DNA of 64,000 nucleotides, from assembly GCA_051294905.1 (NCBI GenBank), contig CM119375.1:7006001-7070000 (forward strand), read 5' to 3'. Under the pieces are notes generated by a model. It was not told the origin of the DNA and searched no databases. It saw nothing but the letters and a program-made list of their open reading frames with translations. How positions within the stretch are numbered: position 1 is the first letter of the stretch; each line of letters begins with the position of its first letter. This document shows positions 50,004 to 60,800 of this stretch, in pieces. Source of the stretch: Botryllus schlosseri (taxonomy: Eukaryota). The translations under genes were made by a program, and so were the position numbers.

Positions 50004-50840
50004 GTTATTACACCCCACATAGGTCGAATACATGATTATGACGTCATAAATGGTGGAAACATTTGGACCGCCAACTTCGTCCGTAACGTATGTAGGTGGT
50101 ACGCGAGCACTGCATAAAACCTCGAAGTGGTACGTGGGTGGGAAAAGGTTGGGAACCACTGGCCTAATGGATGTCAATAAATGTGAGAAGTACAATCACA
50201 TAAAGTGAAAGTACAATACATCGGCATAACATTTTATCACCAGGCTGAAGGCTTTCTTGAATAAGCCTGGAACAAGCGGCTGTGTCAATATCGTTAAAAT
50301 CAACTCTGTTACATTCAAATACACACGGCTGCGATAGTCATAGCACAGATCGTGAAGGAAATTCACATTCTAGCGCCGAGATATATTCATTACGTCGAAA
50401 GCCTCGATTGGTCTTTATTGGTATTGTATTGTACCGCAGATTGGCAAGGATAACCAAACAACGATAAAAACAATCACTTGGTTGAGAGCTAAAAACCAAG
50501 TAGGTGTCATAATTTGACCACTATTCAAGGTACGCTACTCATACTACCAACAAGGCATTAATTCTGGTCAAGGAAATGGAGAATCTGGTATATTACTACT
50601 AGATCTGGTGTAATGGAGTGGGAAAAATTATGAAAAAATTATTCTCAGAGGGATAAAAATAATTTGCTCAATCTTACTCCACGGGCACTCAAGAGATGGA
50701 TATATATATAAGTTGGAAACAATTGATCGATATTAAGGGGTGTCGTGATACGACAAATTGGTTCTTGACCTGAGAAAATTCTAGAATGTAAAGCTCTAGA
50801 AAAGTATTAACAATTTGATCGAAGAAACTTAATTGAAGTC

Positions 50841-51056
50841 ATCATCATTGGTTTATTAGTAATTTTATCAGTTCAATACACCACAAAAATGCGATACAAT
50901 GAAAAGAAAGGAAGATGTCGAAGCGACTAGGAGTTGTCTATGGAATCGGACACCCAACTTGGCCTAGGCGATGTAAAGAGGAGGCATGCACATTGCACAC
51001 TGAATGAAAGTAAAGAAGATAGTGTAGAAAAAAAATTGCTAATAAACCAATGATGA
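50841..51056 (-). mobile_element. LINE family-B 3' fragment with an inverted second tail
   Basis: tcatcatcattggtttattag (50839-50859) and ctaataaaccaatgatgatga (51039-51059) are inverted; tgaagtc flanks both sides. Confidence 0.6.
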
Positions 51057-53003
51057 TGAAGTCCTGATTCTTGGTCACAAATATATTATAGGCTAATAAT
51101 GGATTAAGGTATTCCTAATAAAAATAGACTAAGTTGGCCTATTTTAAAGACATATTTTACCATTGTGAAGGAATATCTGAAGATACATGTTAAGAACACT
51201 TCTTCAAATTATTAAAATGCCAACTAAATGAACCAATCATCAATCGTTTGATCAATCAATTAGATTATTATTGATAACTTTGTTTCTTTGCCAATGAACA
51301 AATATGACTAATTCATGGACAACATAACTGACACAACACAACGGAAAGCACTTGAAGAATCCATGAAATACATGGCAGATGGCATAATACAATTACAATG
51401 CAAGTGCTATTATTAGGAATAAAGCTCAACTCTGACTAGACGACTTGTTGCGAGCTTGCGACAATATCAATAACTGTTTCGCTGTGCTGTGATTGCTCAG
51501 TAAAGCTACCAATTTTCAAATTCGAGTAACTATTGTACACTATAGTGCCACAGTACCCTATTGAACTACTCATACTCAGAATGTGCAGTCAGTTATAATT
51601 TCATTAGAACTATGGAACAGTGTCATATAATTTTACCAGCTTACAACGATTCTAGTATAGATACCACATCAAAATGAACTACAATGCAATCAAAACAAAA
51701 TAAGGGCTTCAAACGACATGGTGCAGCTGTGGTCACTCAATGATAAAGCGGCACTTGATATGCAGTGCTGCGAGACTTGCGGCATCTTATACCTTTACCA
51801 CACAGTCACACACACACACACATGCCATCGCGCGTTACAATGATTACATTATTGCTCAGTCGACCAATAATAACGAACTGTCAGAGTTATATATTTCTTA
51901 TCTGATTCTGCCGACTAACACGATGCCATTCTACATTAGGAGCAGCAGTCAAAACGAAAACCTATATATTGCAAAGTGTCAACATTCCAAGTGGGAAGCG
52001 GAAGTGCAGTTTCCTTTTCCTACTATTTGCCCTCTGCCTCCCTTCAGTGATAGCGTTTCGAAGACATCAAACTGGCAGCCTAGACTCCGATTGACACATA
52101 TTTATCAGACATCACAGAATTTAAACGGAAGATATATAAATTGACATGAAAGCGTTCTTTTTGGGATGCAATTCCCACCTATCTAGACTGAAGTTGGTTT
52201 CTCTAATGAGAAACAATTCGTTATAGCGAAAGTTGTATTTCCTGTATCTATTCGGGGTAATTCCCGATTGACCAGCAATCCAGCATGAGAATTTCGAATT
52301 ATAATCCCATTCCGGCGGGATAAATGTAAATTGGCTATTTAAGCCGTATTTTCTACTTGCTAGTGTTCTGAAAACTCACAATTGCTCGGCTTTACCATCC
52401 TTTTCGTTGAGCATTGTACATTGTGTCTCGTAGTGAACATGAAGAGATGAAAATACACCGGTGATCTGATCTGACAATTATTGATAATGTCCAGCTTCAT
52501 ACTGATACGGTACATAATAGGAATTGCTCTATGCGGGTATGGTGGTCCTTCTAATAGTGACGGTTCTGGCTGACATTGCTGGGTGTTGTTCCAGTCAAGA
52601 ATAATAATTGATAATATTTACTATAATACTTTACTACCGTACTAATTTACTACTAATATTTTACTATAATATCTACTATAATATACTATTAAATTGTATA
52701 TTGAAGTTCTGTTCCTCCAAGTAGCTGTTCAAATACATATTTAATAAATATATCTCTTTCTGATTAACAAACTCATACCGTAGCTATATGAAATCATGGT
52801 GTATGATGAGAGAATAACCCAATCGCTCACTACAACTTTAGCCTGGCACAAAACATTCATTTGTCAAAATTTGACAAGCTGTATAAAATATAGCTGCTCA
52901 TACTCTCCACACCGCCCCAACACCGGTTTTCATAGTATATGTTGCGACATCATTCATTTCCGATACTGACCGGAAAGAATAAATGGTTAGACTTATGATT
53001 CAG

Positions 53004-53083
53004 GTATGTAAAGTCTTCTGATGTAAGATTTCATGACAGATTTATGCAATCTCAATCAGAAAACATGTCATCACTTCCTGCAG
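53004..53083 (+). other. Predicted 80-nt 5'UTR intron of DPH7
   Basis: CAG|GTATGT donor and tcacttcctgcag acceptor 36 nt upstream of the ATG. Confidence 0.55.
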
Positions 53084-53119
53084 TAACCTCTACCAGTTTA
53101 CTTACTCTACACAACCTCA

Positions 53120-54160
53120 ATGTCGAACGAGCAATCACACCGGTACATTTTAACCGATTCAGTAGTCCTGGAAGAATGCCCAGACACTGTCGAAAAAGTA
53201 CCTGACGAAAAGTCGAATATGTTCATCTGCGGAACGTACGAACTCCTCGAACAAACCAGCGAAAGTACACCGGCCCACCTCATGAACAGAAAAGGAAGTG
53301 TCTACTTGTTTTCTGTCGAAAACGGCAAACTCGAGCAACATAGTGTTATCGCGACTGAAGCTATCCTTGATAGTAAATGGCGTTCAGCAAAGACCGAAAA
53401 TCACATGTTTGGTACAGCTGATGCTGTCGGGGCTGTTAACATCTACAAACTATCCTCTGGTGATGCCACAGATGGTACCTATCATATGAGCATGATTTCC
53501 AGCATATCCGCAGTCAAAGAAGGACTAGCTCTATCAATAGACTGGTCTGTGAACGGTTCATCCATAGCATGCAGTGGGTCAAACGGTTCTCTCTCAATCA
53601 ATTCTCTCTCACCGTCAAGCACTCAACAAGTTTGCTCCTGGCATGCGCATGACGCAGAAGTTTGGATTACATCCCATGACATATGGGATGAAAATATATT
53701 GTACTCCGGCGCAGACGATTGCAAATTCCGCGGTTGGGATTTACGATCGAAAAAGCCTACGTTTACAAATTCGTCGCATGACGCTGGCGTATGTAGCTTG
53801 CAGTGCAATCCTTTATCGCCTCACACTATCGCTAGCGGTAGTTATGACGAAAAAGTCAGAATATGGGACACAAGATCGATACGCCGTTCTCCTCAGTGTG
53901 AGGTGAACGCAAAGGGTGGTGTGTGGAGAATAAAATGGCACAAGCAAAGAAAAGACATGATGGTCGTAGCATCTATGTATGGAGGGTTTGATGTTTTTGA
54001 TTTCACGAACATTGGTAATCCAGTGAGCAACACTTCCTTTAACGTAGCGAATGGGTCGTTGGGTTATGGTGTTGATTGGTTGTACGATGACGCAGAAAGT
54101 ATTGCATCATGCACATTTTACGATAAAAAACTGTTTGTCGGCACTTTGGAAAAGTGTTGA
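53120..54160 (+). CDS. DPH7: Diphthine methyltransferase / WD40 protein (WDR85), single-exon CDS, 346 aa
   Basis: FICGTYEL, ILDSKW, LALSIDWS, WHAHDAEVWITSHDIWDENILYSGADD, SGSYDEKVRIWDTR, GGVWRIKWH, SLGYGVDW, IASCTFYDK. Confidence 0.9.
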   Translation: MSNEQSHRYILTDSVVLEECPDTVEKVPDEKSNMFICGTYELLEQTSESTPAHLMNRKGSVYLFSVENGKLEQHSVIATEAILDSKWRSAKTENHMFGTADAVGAVNIYKLSSGDATDGTYHMSMISSISAVKEGLALSIDWSVNGSSIACSGSNGSLSINSLSPSSTQQVCSWHAHDAEVWITSHDIWDENILYSGADDCKFRGWDLRSKKPTFTNSSHDAGVCSLQCNPLSPHTIASGSYDEKVRIWDTRSIRRSPQCEVNAKGGVWRIKWHKQRKDMMVVASMYGGFDVFDFTNIGNPVSNTSFNVANGSLGYGVDWLYDDAESIASCTFYDKKLFVGTLEKC

Positions 54161-54319
54161 TCGCGCCCGTGGAAAATCAGTTAGGTTACAGTCCCACGAC
54201 TGAACTATCGATCTCGCCCTTCATGACTTGCCACCTCATTCTTTGTTGCTTGCTTTTTTCTATACCATCTTCTTTACTTTTCATTCAGTGTGCATGCCTC
54301 CTCTTAACATCGCCTAGGC

Positions 54320-55858
54320 CAGTGGTTCCCAACCTTTTTCATCTCGTGCCTCCCTTGGCCGAAATTTTAGCCAAAATTCCCCCCTTAGGATAAATCTGCC
54401 CGATGAATAAAAATGCTCATTTTTACCGCGCAAACACCTGTTGACTGTGAGAATAAGACGGGCGGTATCGAGTGTTTGTTTCTAGCAGTGCTGTAATAAC
54501 ACTTTGTAGAACTCCCAAAACCATGGTCTTGGTCCCAATCACACAAATTCTGGAAGGCTTGACTCAACAGACCCCCACACTTCCATTTGTGTTTTCGGCT
54601 TACCGTGCACCAATCGCTAATATAACTACTGTGAAAAATCAGTATCCATAAATTTACTGGTCTCGCGATTTTTTTCTCAAGTTTGCGTATGCATTTGGCC
54701 AACAATAGTCGTACTTTCATATATAGAAGGGTTGACCAGACTCGAGTTTGACTCGAGTCACCATTCTCTGATACCTAGACTTGACTCGAGTCATTTTCTC
54801 AAAATACGGAAACGACTCGACTCGAGACAATCTGGGTATTGACTCGACTTGGACTCGAGTCATTGTGCATGACTCGAACCAAGTCATATGACTCAAAACT
54901 ATAACACGGCCAAGACCGACATTTCATTGTAATTTCGAAGAACAGTAAAGTGACAACCCTGTTGGAATTTCGTCTATTGATCCTGGTACTTGACAATGTG
55001 ACAAGAAACTGCTCAAAGTGAGGAAAATTAGTATGTCATAAATCCAAATCATTCAACATCACCAAACAGTGTTGACTTGAGTGGGACTTGGACTCGTACT
55101 CGAGTCATAATACCATGGCTCGGACTCGACCGTCTGCTCGGTGACTTGGACTCGGACTTGACTCAATGGTGAATTGAAAATGACTCGACTTGACTCGAGT
55201 CAAAACTATGAAATTGAGATTGACTTGTGACTCGGAGCCTCATGACTGGGTTACAGCCCTGATATATAACATACACGTGATCAGATTCCCTGCTGGAGCG
55301 CATTGAAATTTAGGACACCCATTACGTTTCGGCAACATTGCACCAAGTTTACCACGTCTTTTTTCGATCGGGTAGCTGTTCACTAAAAATAAAGCAAGGC
55401 TATATAGCGGTATCTTTGACTTGAATTGATGACGTTGGAATATTTAGTCACTGTCTGAAAATGTTGACTTTAAAATATAAGATAAATACTTTCACTAGAG
55501 GCCTTGTTGTGATAGATTCGGCACGACATTTACTCGCTTAGGATATATTTGATTGAGAAGCCGTCGCTGGCCTACAAAATTGTCTTGCGAACTGCAGCAC
55601 ATCTGAACTAGTTAGAAAGAAAAGAAAGGTTGGGGGGGATTTGTATATGAAAAAGAGATTTTAGATAGCATTTGAACATACTTTCAGCAAACAAAAAACA
55701 GCCATAAGGAGCATACGTTCGGATATAGCTGGTTGTCTACATGACAGTTCGAACATGAACAATTTGGGAAATCCGTTACAATTCTAAAGTGGAATTCCTC
55801 CCTAAAAATTGCACAATTCCCCCCAAGGGGGGAATTCCTCCCCGGTTGGGAACCACTG
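54320..55858. mobile_element. hAT/Charlie element hosting a nested MITE
   Basis: TIRs cagtggttcccaacc / ggttgggaaccactg; perfect TSD GCCTAGGC. Confidence 0.85.
54727..55261. mobile_element. TGACTCGAGTCA-array MITE (nested)
   Basis: Termini aagggttg / cagccctg; TSD atatatag/atatataa. Confidence 0.75.
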
Positions 55859-56210
55859 GCCTAGGCCAAGGTGGGTGTCCGATTCCATAGACTACTCCAA
55901 GTCGCTTCGACACCATCCTATCATTTCATTGAATCGCATCTGTGGCGTATTGAGCTGATAAAATGGCTAATAAACCAATGGTGATGATATGATGATTGTT
56001 ACTACTAGTTATGCTACTGTTATTGATATTTAGTAATGCCAGCGGGTCAAGATCTACATTATATTGATGTACAGTTATTGGTCGTTTCGATATCATGCCA
56101 TAGTCCTATCTTGGTGGTTCTCAACCTTTTGTTCAACTCGCAGTGCCCTCCCTAGCGCATGGAGTAGGCCTATCTTGAGTGAGAGATTTTTGGTCTACTG
56201 GGAATCCAAA

Positions 56211-56706
56211 CAGGGTTGCAATGACTAAGTCATGACTCGAGTCACGATTTTCTGATGACTCGAGTCACGATTTTCTGATGACTCGAGTCATCTTTTTCAA
56301 AATACGGAAATGACTCGACTCGAGTCAATCTGTGTATTGACTCTACTTGGACTCGAGTCATTGCACATGACTCGAGACTCAGACGTCCAAGACCGACATT
56401 TCATTGTAATTCCTAAGCCAACGCACTAATGGGATTTCGTCTGTTGGTACTGGTACTCGAAAATGAAACCAGAAACTGCTAAGAGTGAGGAAAATTGGTA
56501 TATTTTAAATGCGAACCATTCGATATCACCAAACAGAGTTATAAAAACTGGGTTTACCAAGACTTCAACTGGAAACTGAGCAGTGATCACAATGACTTGG
56601 ACTCGAACCTCTGCTCGCTGACTTGGACTTGACTCGGTGGTGAATTGAAATGACTCGAGTCAAAACTATAAAAATGAAATTGACTTGTGACTTGGTTACA
56701 ACCCTG
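56211..56706. mobile_element. TGACTCGAGTCA-array MITE
   Basis: TIRs cagggttgcaa / ttacaaccctg; near-TSD aatccaaa/aatccgag. Confidence 0.75.
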
Positions 56707-57131
56707 AATCCGAGCACCTCTGCCCTTGATCAACCCAAATTGCACCCGGGTTGGGTCAGTGCATTTTGTATCCCGTGTTTAGATGGCCTAGGACATAACA
56801 AAATTTTATATAAAATTACATAATAAAATTTGGTGAGTTTTGTTTGCATCACTGCTTCTATTCACAACTGAGTAAACTTTCCTCATAACTTACTCGAGCC
56901 TATTCCAGACTATTTTGGTGCACTGTTTAGCACCGTATTGCATTCAGATTCTGCCGGAACTTACCATTGCCAATCTCATATTGTATGAACCAATCCTAGA
57001 ACTACATTTACCTTTACGTAGTCTGAAAACAGTCACTCCGAGCAAGTAGACCAAATACTTTAGTAGATGAAAAGGCAGAAAAACATTGTCTATGGCCATG
57101 GCCATTCCTTCCGAGGACGAAAACCATAGCC

Positions 57132-57648
57132 CAGGGCAGGCAACATACGGCCCGCGAAGGGATTTTGACCGGCTCGCGGAGAGTTTCTATCGTGAAATTT
57201 AATTTCTATTCTGAAAACATCGACAAATTTTTTGCGTCACAAAATGAATCCAAGAAAGACGGACATGAAAGAAACTTCTTGCCCTGTTTGGGTCTTCATA
57301 CATCTTCGACCATGACCATTAACGAGGCTGCGTTTCAATATAACTGATGTTCACATGAATTTTTTACCAACGGTTTCTACATAAGACATGCAGCCAGAGT
57401 TCGAAGAACTCGCTGACAACTCTGGCCGACCACAGATATCTGATTGATTTCAACAGCTACTGTTAATAAATTCATTTAATATTGATTTTGGTTTCTATGC
57501 TTCAAACGATTGAGTTAACATTACATGAGATTTATTCCTTGTATAGGTGGATAACTACGCGATTAATGCATATATTCTGTAATCCTGCCCGCCAAGTACT
57601 TCATTTACCTATATCTGGCCCGCCGACCGGAGAAGTTGCCAGCCCCTG
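57132..57648. mobile_element. hAT MITE with ends related to 8606-11496
   Basis: Termini cagggcaggcaacatacggcccgcg / gttgccagcccctg; degenerate TSD. Confidence 0.65.
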
Positions 57649-57822
57649 GCATAATCCCATTTCCTGTCCATATCCGACCCAAATGTAATCTCCAAAATAA
57701 CCGGTTACACAAATGCCGGCAGCTTTGTTAGATGACAATCACAACATTGTTGTACGCGGAGATAACGAATTGCATCATTTTCAACTTCACAAAGCGAATT
57801 AGTGGCGCGGACCACAAAAAAA

Positions 57823-60800
57823 TCAAGCTTTGCCGGCCCTCTTCCCTTTGCTTTTCTGCCCTTTCTTCCGGCCCGACTTTGCTGCGCGCACCATACCCTC
57901 GAATTCTCCACGCAGCTTTTTCTGTTTCCTGCAAACAAGAGTTTTGTCGACGGAATTAATTACAGAATTACCCACCGAAAACACTATTTTTCTCAAATCC
58001 AAAACTTTATACTCCAAGAACTTAGCTTCTACTGGTTGGAATCGAGGTAAATTTGTTATGCATCGCTCTTTTAGACTAGGGTTACCATATTTCTATGGCT
58101 CCAAATCCGGACACTCGTTAGCGCCCACTAGCGGATTAAAATCAACTATACGCACATTGTCTGTCACTGTGACGTCATACTAGCAAAGCTTTAGCTATCA
58201 ACCAGAGGTGGCCACAATCCCGTTCAGGAGTATGTGCTTGTGAGTGATAACGAGGACCGAAACCATATTTTTTCAGCCCCTCCTGCAGGAATAAACACTG
58301 AACTTGGGAGGTTGGGCCCACCACAGGGTAATGGAAGCGGCTTCTGGGAAGATTGCTATATGCATCTTGTCGTTCAATTTTTGAAAAAAATTCTTTCAAT
58401 AATATTGGTCCTTCCATATGGTCACAGTCAGCGGTAGAGCTGGTGGAGGATGATGACTTCGAAATTGCAGGAAGCGTAATTGTATATCGTTAAGTCATGT
58501 TCAGGTCACATCAATTTATTTATCAGCCTAATGCCGGTGCCCACTACTGAGTTATATAAACACCACATGTCCGGTGGTGTCCAAACTTCTATGGTCGCGA
58601 CTCCGTTTCCAATTTGAAAACGTTCCATGGCCCAGCTGAAAATTTGACTGACTGAAAAAGCTAGCAGCTTTGCCCAAACGTACTCGCGACCTATTTTGGA
58701 AGCTGATTACGCTCAGATTTCTTCGCGAGCCCCAGCTTAAATGCAAACGATCCCCCAGGTCACTATCTTTGAATAAAGCATATAAACGGCCTTAAACCAC
58801 TCTAGGAATATACCTTCGTCCTACAATTGCGATCACAATTAGACTTATTTCAGTGAAGGAAGGTTATTTTTATTGATACATATTTTCGATTGCAGTTTCC
58901 GCGAGGGCGGTAGCCCCGTTACTAAAATCATTATAGCCTGTGTGATACTCATTCGCGCGCAGCACGAAGAAAAACTCCAATTATAGCATGAATCTGCCCC
59001 AAAATAATGTTGTTCATGTTAATTTATGAAAAAATTATGAGCCCACTTTAAGCCCTAAAAATTCCGGACATTCAGGCATATTTTCGAATTACCTCCCGGA
59101 CGCAGATTCAACAGTGAAATTCCGGACGTATGGCAACCCTATTTTAGACAACCAAACACTTATATCAACTAGCCAGTAAAATTTAGGAAATCTGGCCTGT
59201 ATAATATACCTATAAAATTTTCTACTATAGTTATGCTTCTTCAAGTACGAGTTTTGCCAAATTAGACTGACGTGCAATGTTTTTTTTAGCCAACATAACA
59301 ATATTACCAATGAGCCAGTAAAAAATGGCAAAAATAGTTATTTTAAACAGCCCTACTGCGCTCAGCGGCGCACTCACCTCTTATTCAAGACGGATTTCTT
59401 CAACGGTATGTAGGCGTACGGTTCATGAGCTTGTTTCGTTTTCGCCGAGCGTTTCTCCTTCTGAAACACAAAGTCCACCGTCAGACGGGAACCTACATTT
59501 GCGTTGTCGTCGCGATTGTCAAATTCTCTCAGCCAGCAGGTTTCCAAACTAGGTACTCGATATGAGAGCTGTTTTCAAGCCGCCGGGCAGAGTGTCGCAA
59601 GACACGCTATTGCCGTAACCGGCAGAGATGAGCGAATTTGAAATTGCTATGTCCGAATCCAATCCAAATCCGATATAAACTTAGAATTCCTCTTTATAAA
59701 GCCGACATCTCAGGTCTATAATTCTGTAAGAAGACATAAAACGCGTAATTAGTGCCAACGTACATGAAGTAAGACTTTGTGTCGCCATTCGTCATCAATC
59801 TCTCCGAAAATCGGTAACTCAAATACTCATCTTAATCCATCATTTCAGAAAATCGGAAATCTAATCCAAATCCGACAAAATTTCACAAATCCTAATCTAT
59901 GGTCATCTCTGGTAACTGGGTACGACTTACGACTTAGTTTAATCCCTGTTGTCGATAAAATACAACTAGATAAAAACAAACTCTCACTACCCGAATCGCT
60001 GTGCGTAGCCCTAGTATTAGCCGCACCCAGTACCAGTGCCATTAGTTGAACAGATGTAACTAACGCTCTTTCCCGGCTACTTCGCTACGTCTGCATAACA
60101 CAGAATAGTGTGTCATCACTTCCATAACGCCGACAGCTATTCGTTAGCAGCACGCCGTTATCTCACCTTGATGACTTTATCGTCGTTGATCTTCCTGTGT
60201 ATGCCGATACCGCCGTGAGCGTACGCTTTGTCGGCGCTGCCTTTCGCCGTTTCCACGTCATCGTCTATTTCGGCGTCGCCGCGACTCAGCTTTTCGAATG
60301 ACGACAACGGTTTGTTGCCGTCTCCCGCTGGGAGAGCTCGCATTTTTAGTTACGGAAAGGAACCACCACTAGGGGGCGTGTAACGCGTCAATTACTGTAC
60401 GATTACACAGAAAAATAATCGCGATTACATCGATTTTGCTTCCGGCAACTCCACGATCGGCAACAGTAGCTTGAAATTTTATAACTACTTTGTAATCGAT
60501 TAGGATTAGGACAAATTGAGTATCTAAGTGATTCAATTCTAAATCGAGTATTTATATTAGGTTTCCAGTTGAGTCTTATAGCTAGCATAACTGATTATGA
60601 CGTCATGACGGCCTGGATGATGCAGAAAGCTCAAATATGCTATTCGATGCGACAACAAGGTAACAATATTGCCATAACCAGACTTGTACAAACTAAACAT
60701 TTAGTTAGTTGATGGTCAACCAACTAACGGCTTTTCGAGTAGTCGTAGTTCTAGTCGAGGATTTTGAAAATTGGGTAGTTCCAGTTCTAGATTTTGAAAA

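Larger units (their letters stand above)
48528..50161. mobile_element. hAT/Charlie element (GGTACGCG repeats) hosting two nested elements
   Basis: TIRs cagtggttcccaacc / ggttgggaaccactg; perfect TSD GCCTAATG. Confidence 0.85.
54183..55996 (+). mobile_element. LINE family-B 3'UTR and tail directly downstream of DPH7, split by a hAT insertion
   Basis: 54183-54319 and 55859-55996 join into the same 3'UTR as at 12320-12530; AATAAA at 55969 followed by a (TGA)n-like tail. Confidence 0.7.

Noticed and set aside
51740-52144. 134-aa plus-strand ORF
   Set aside because: Includes a (CA)n microsatellite, has no recognisable domain, and the opposite strand looks more coding-like
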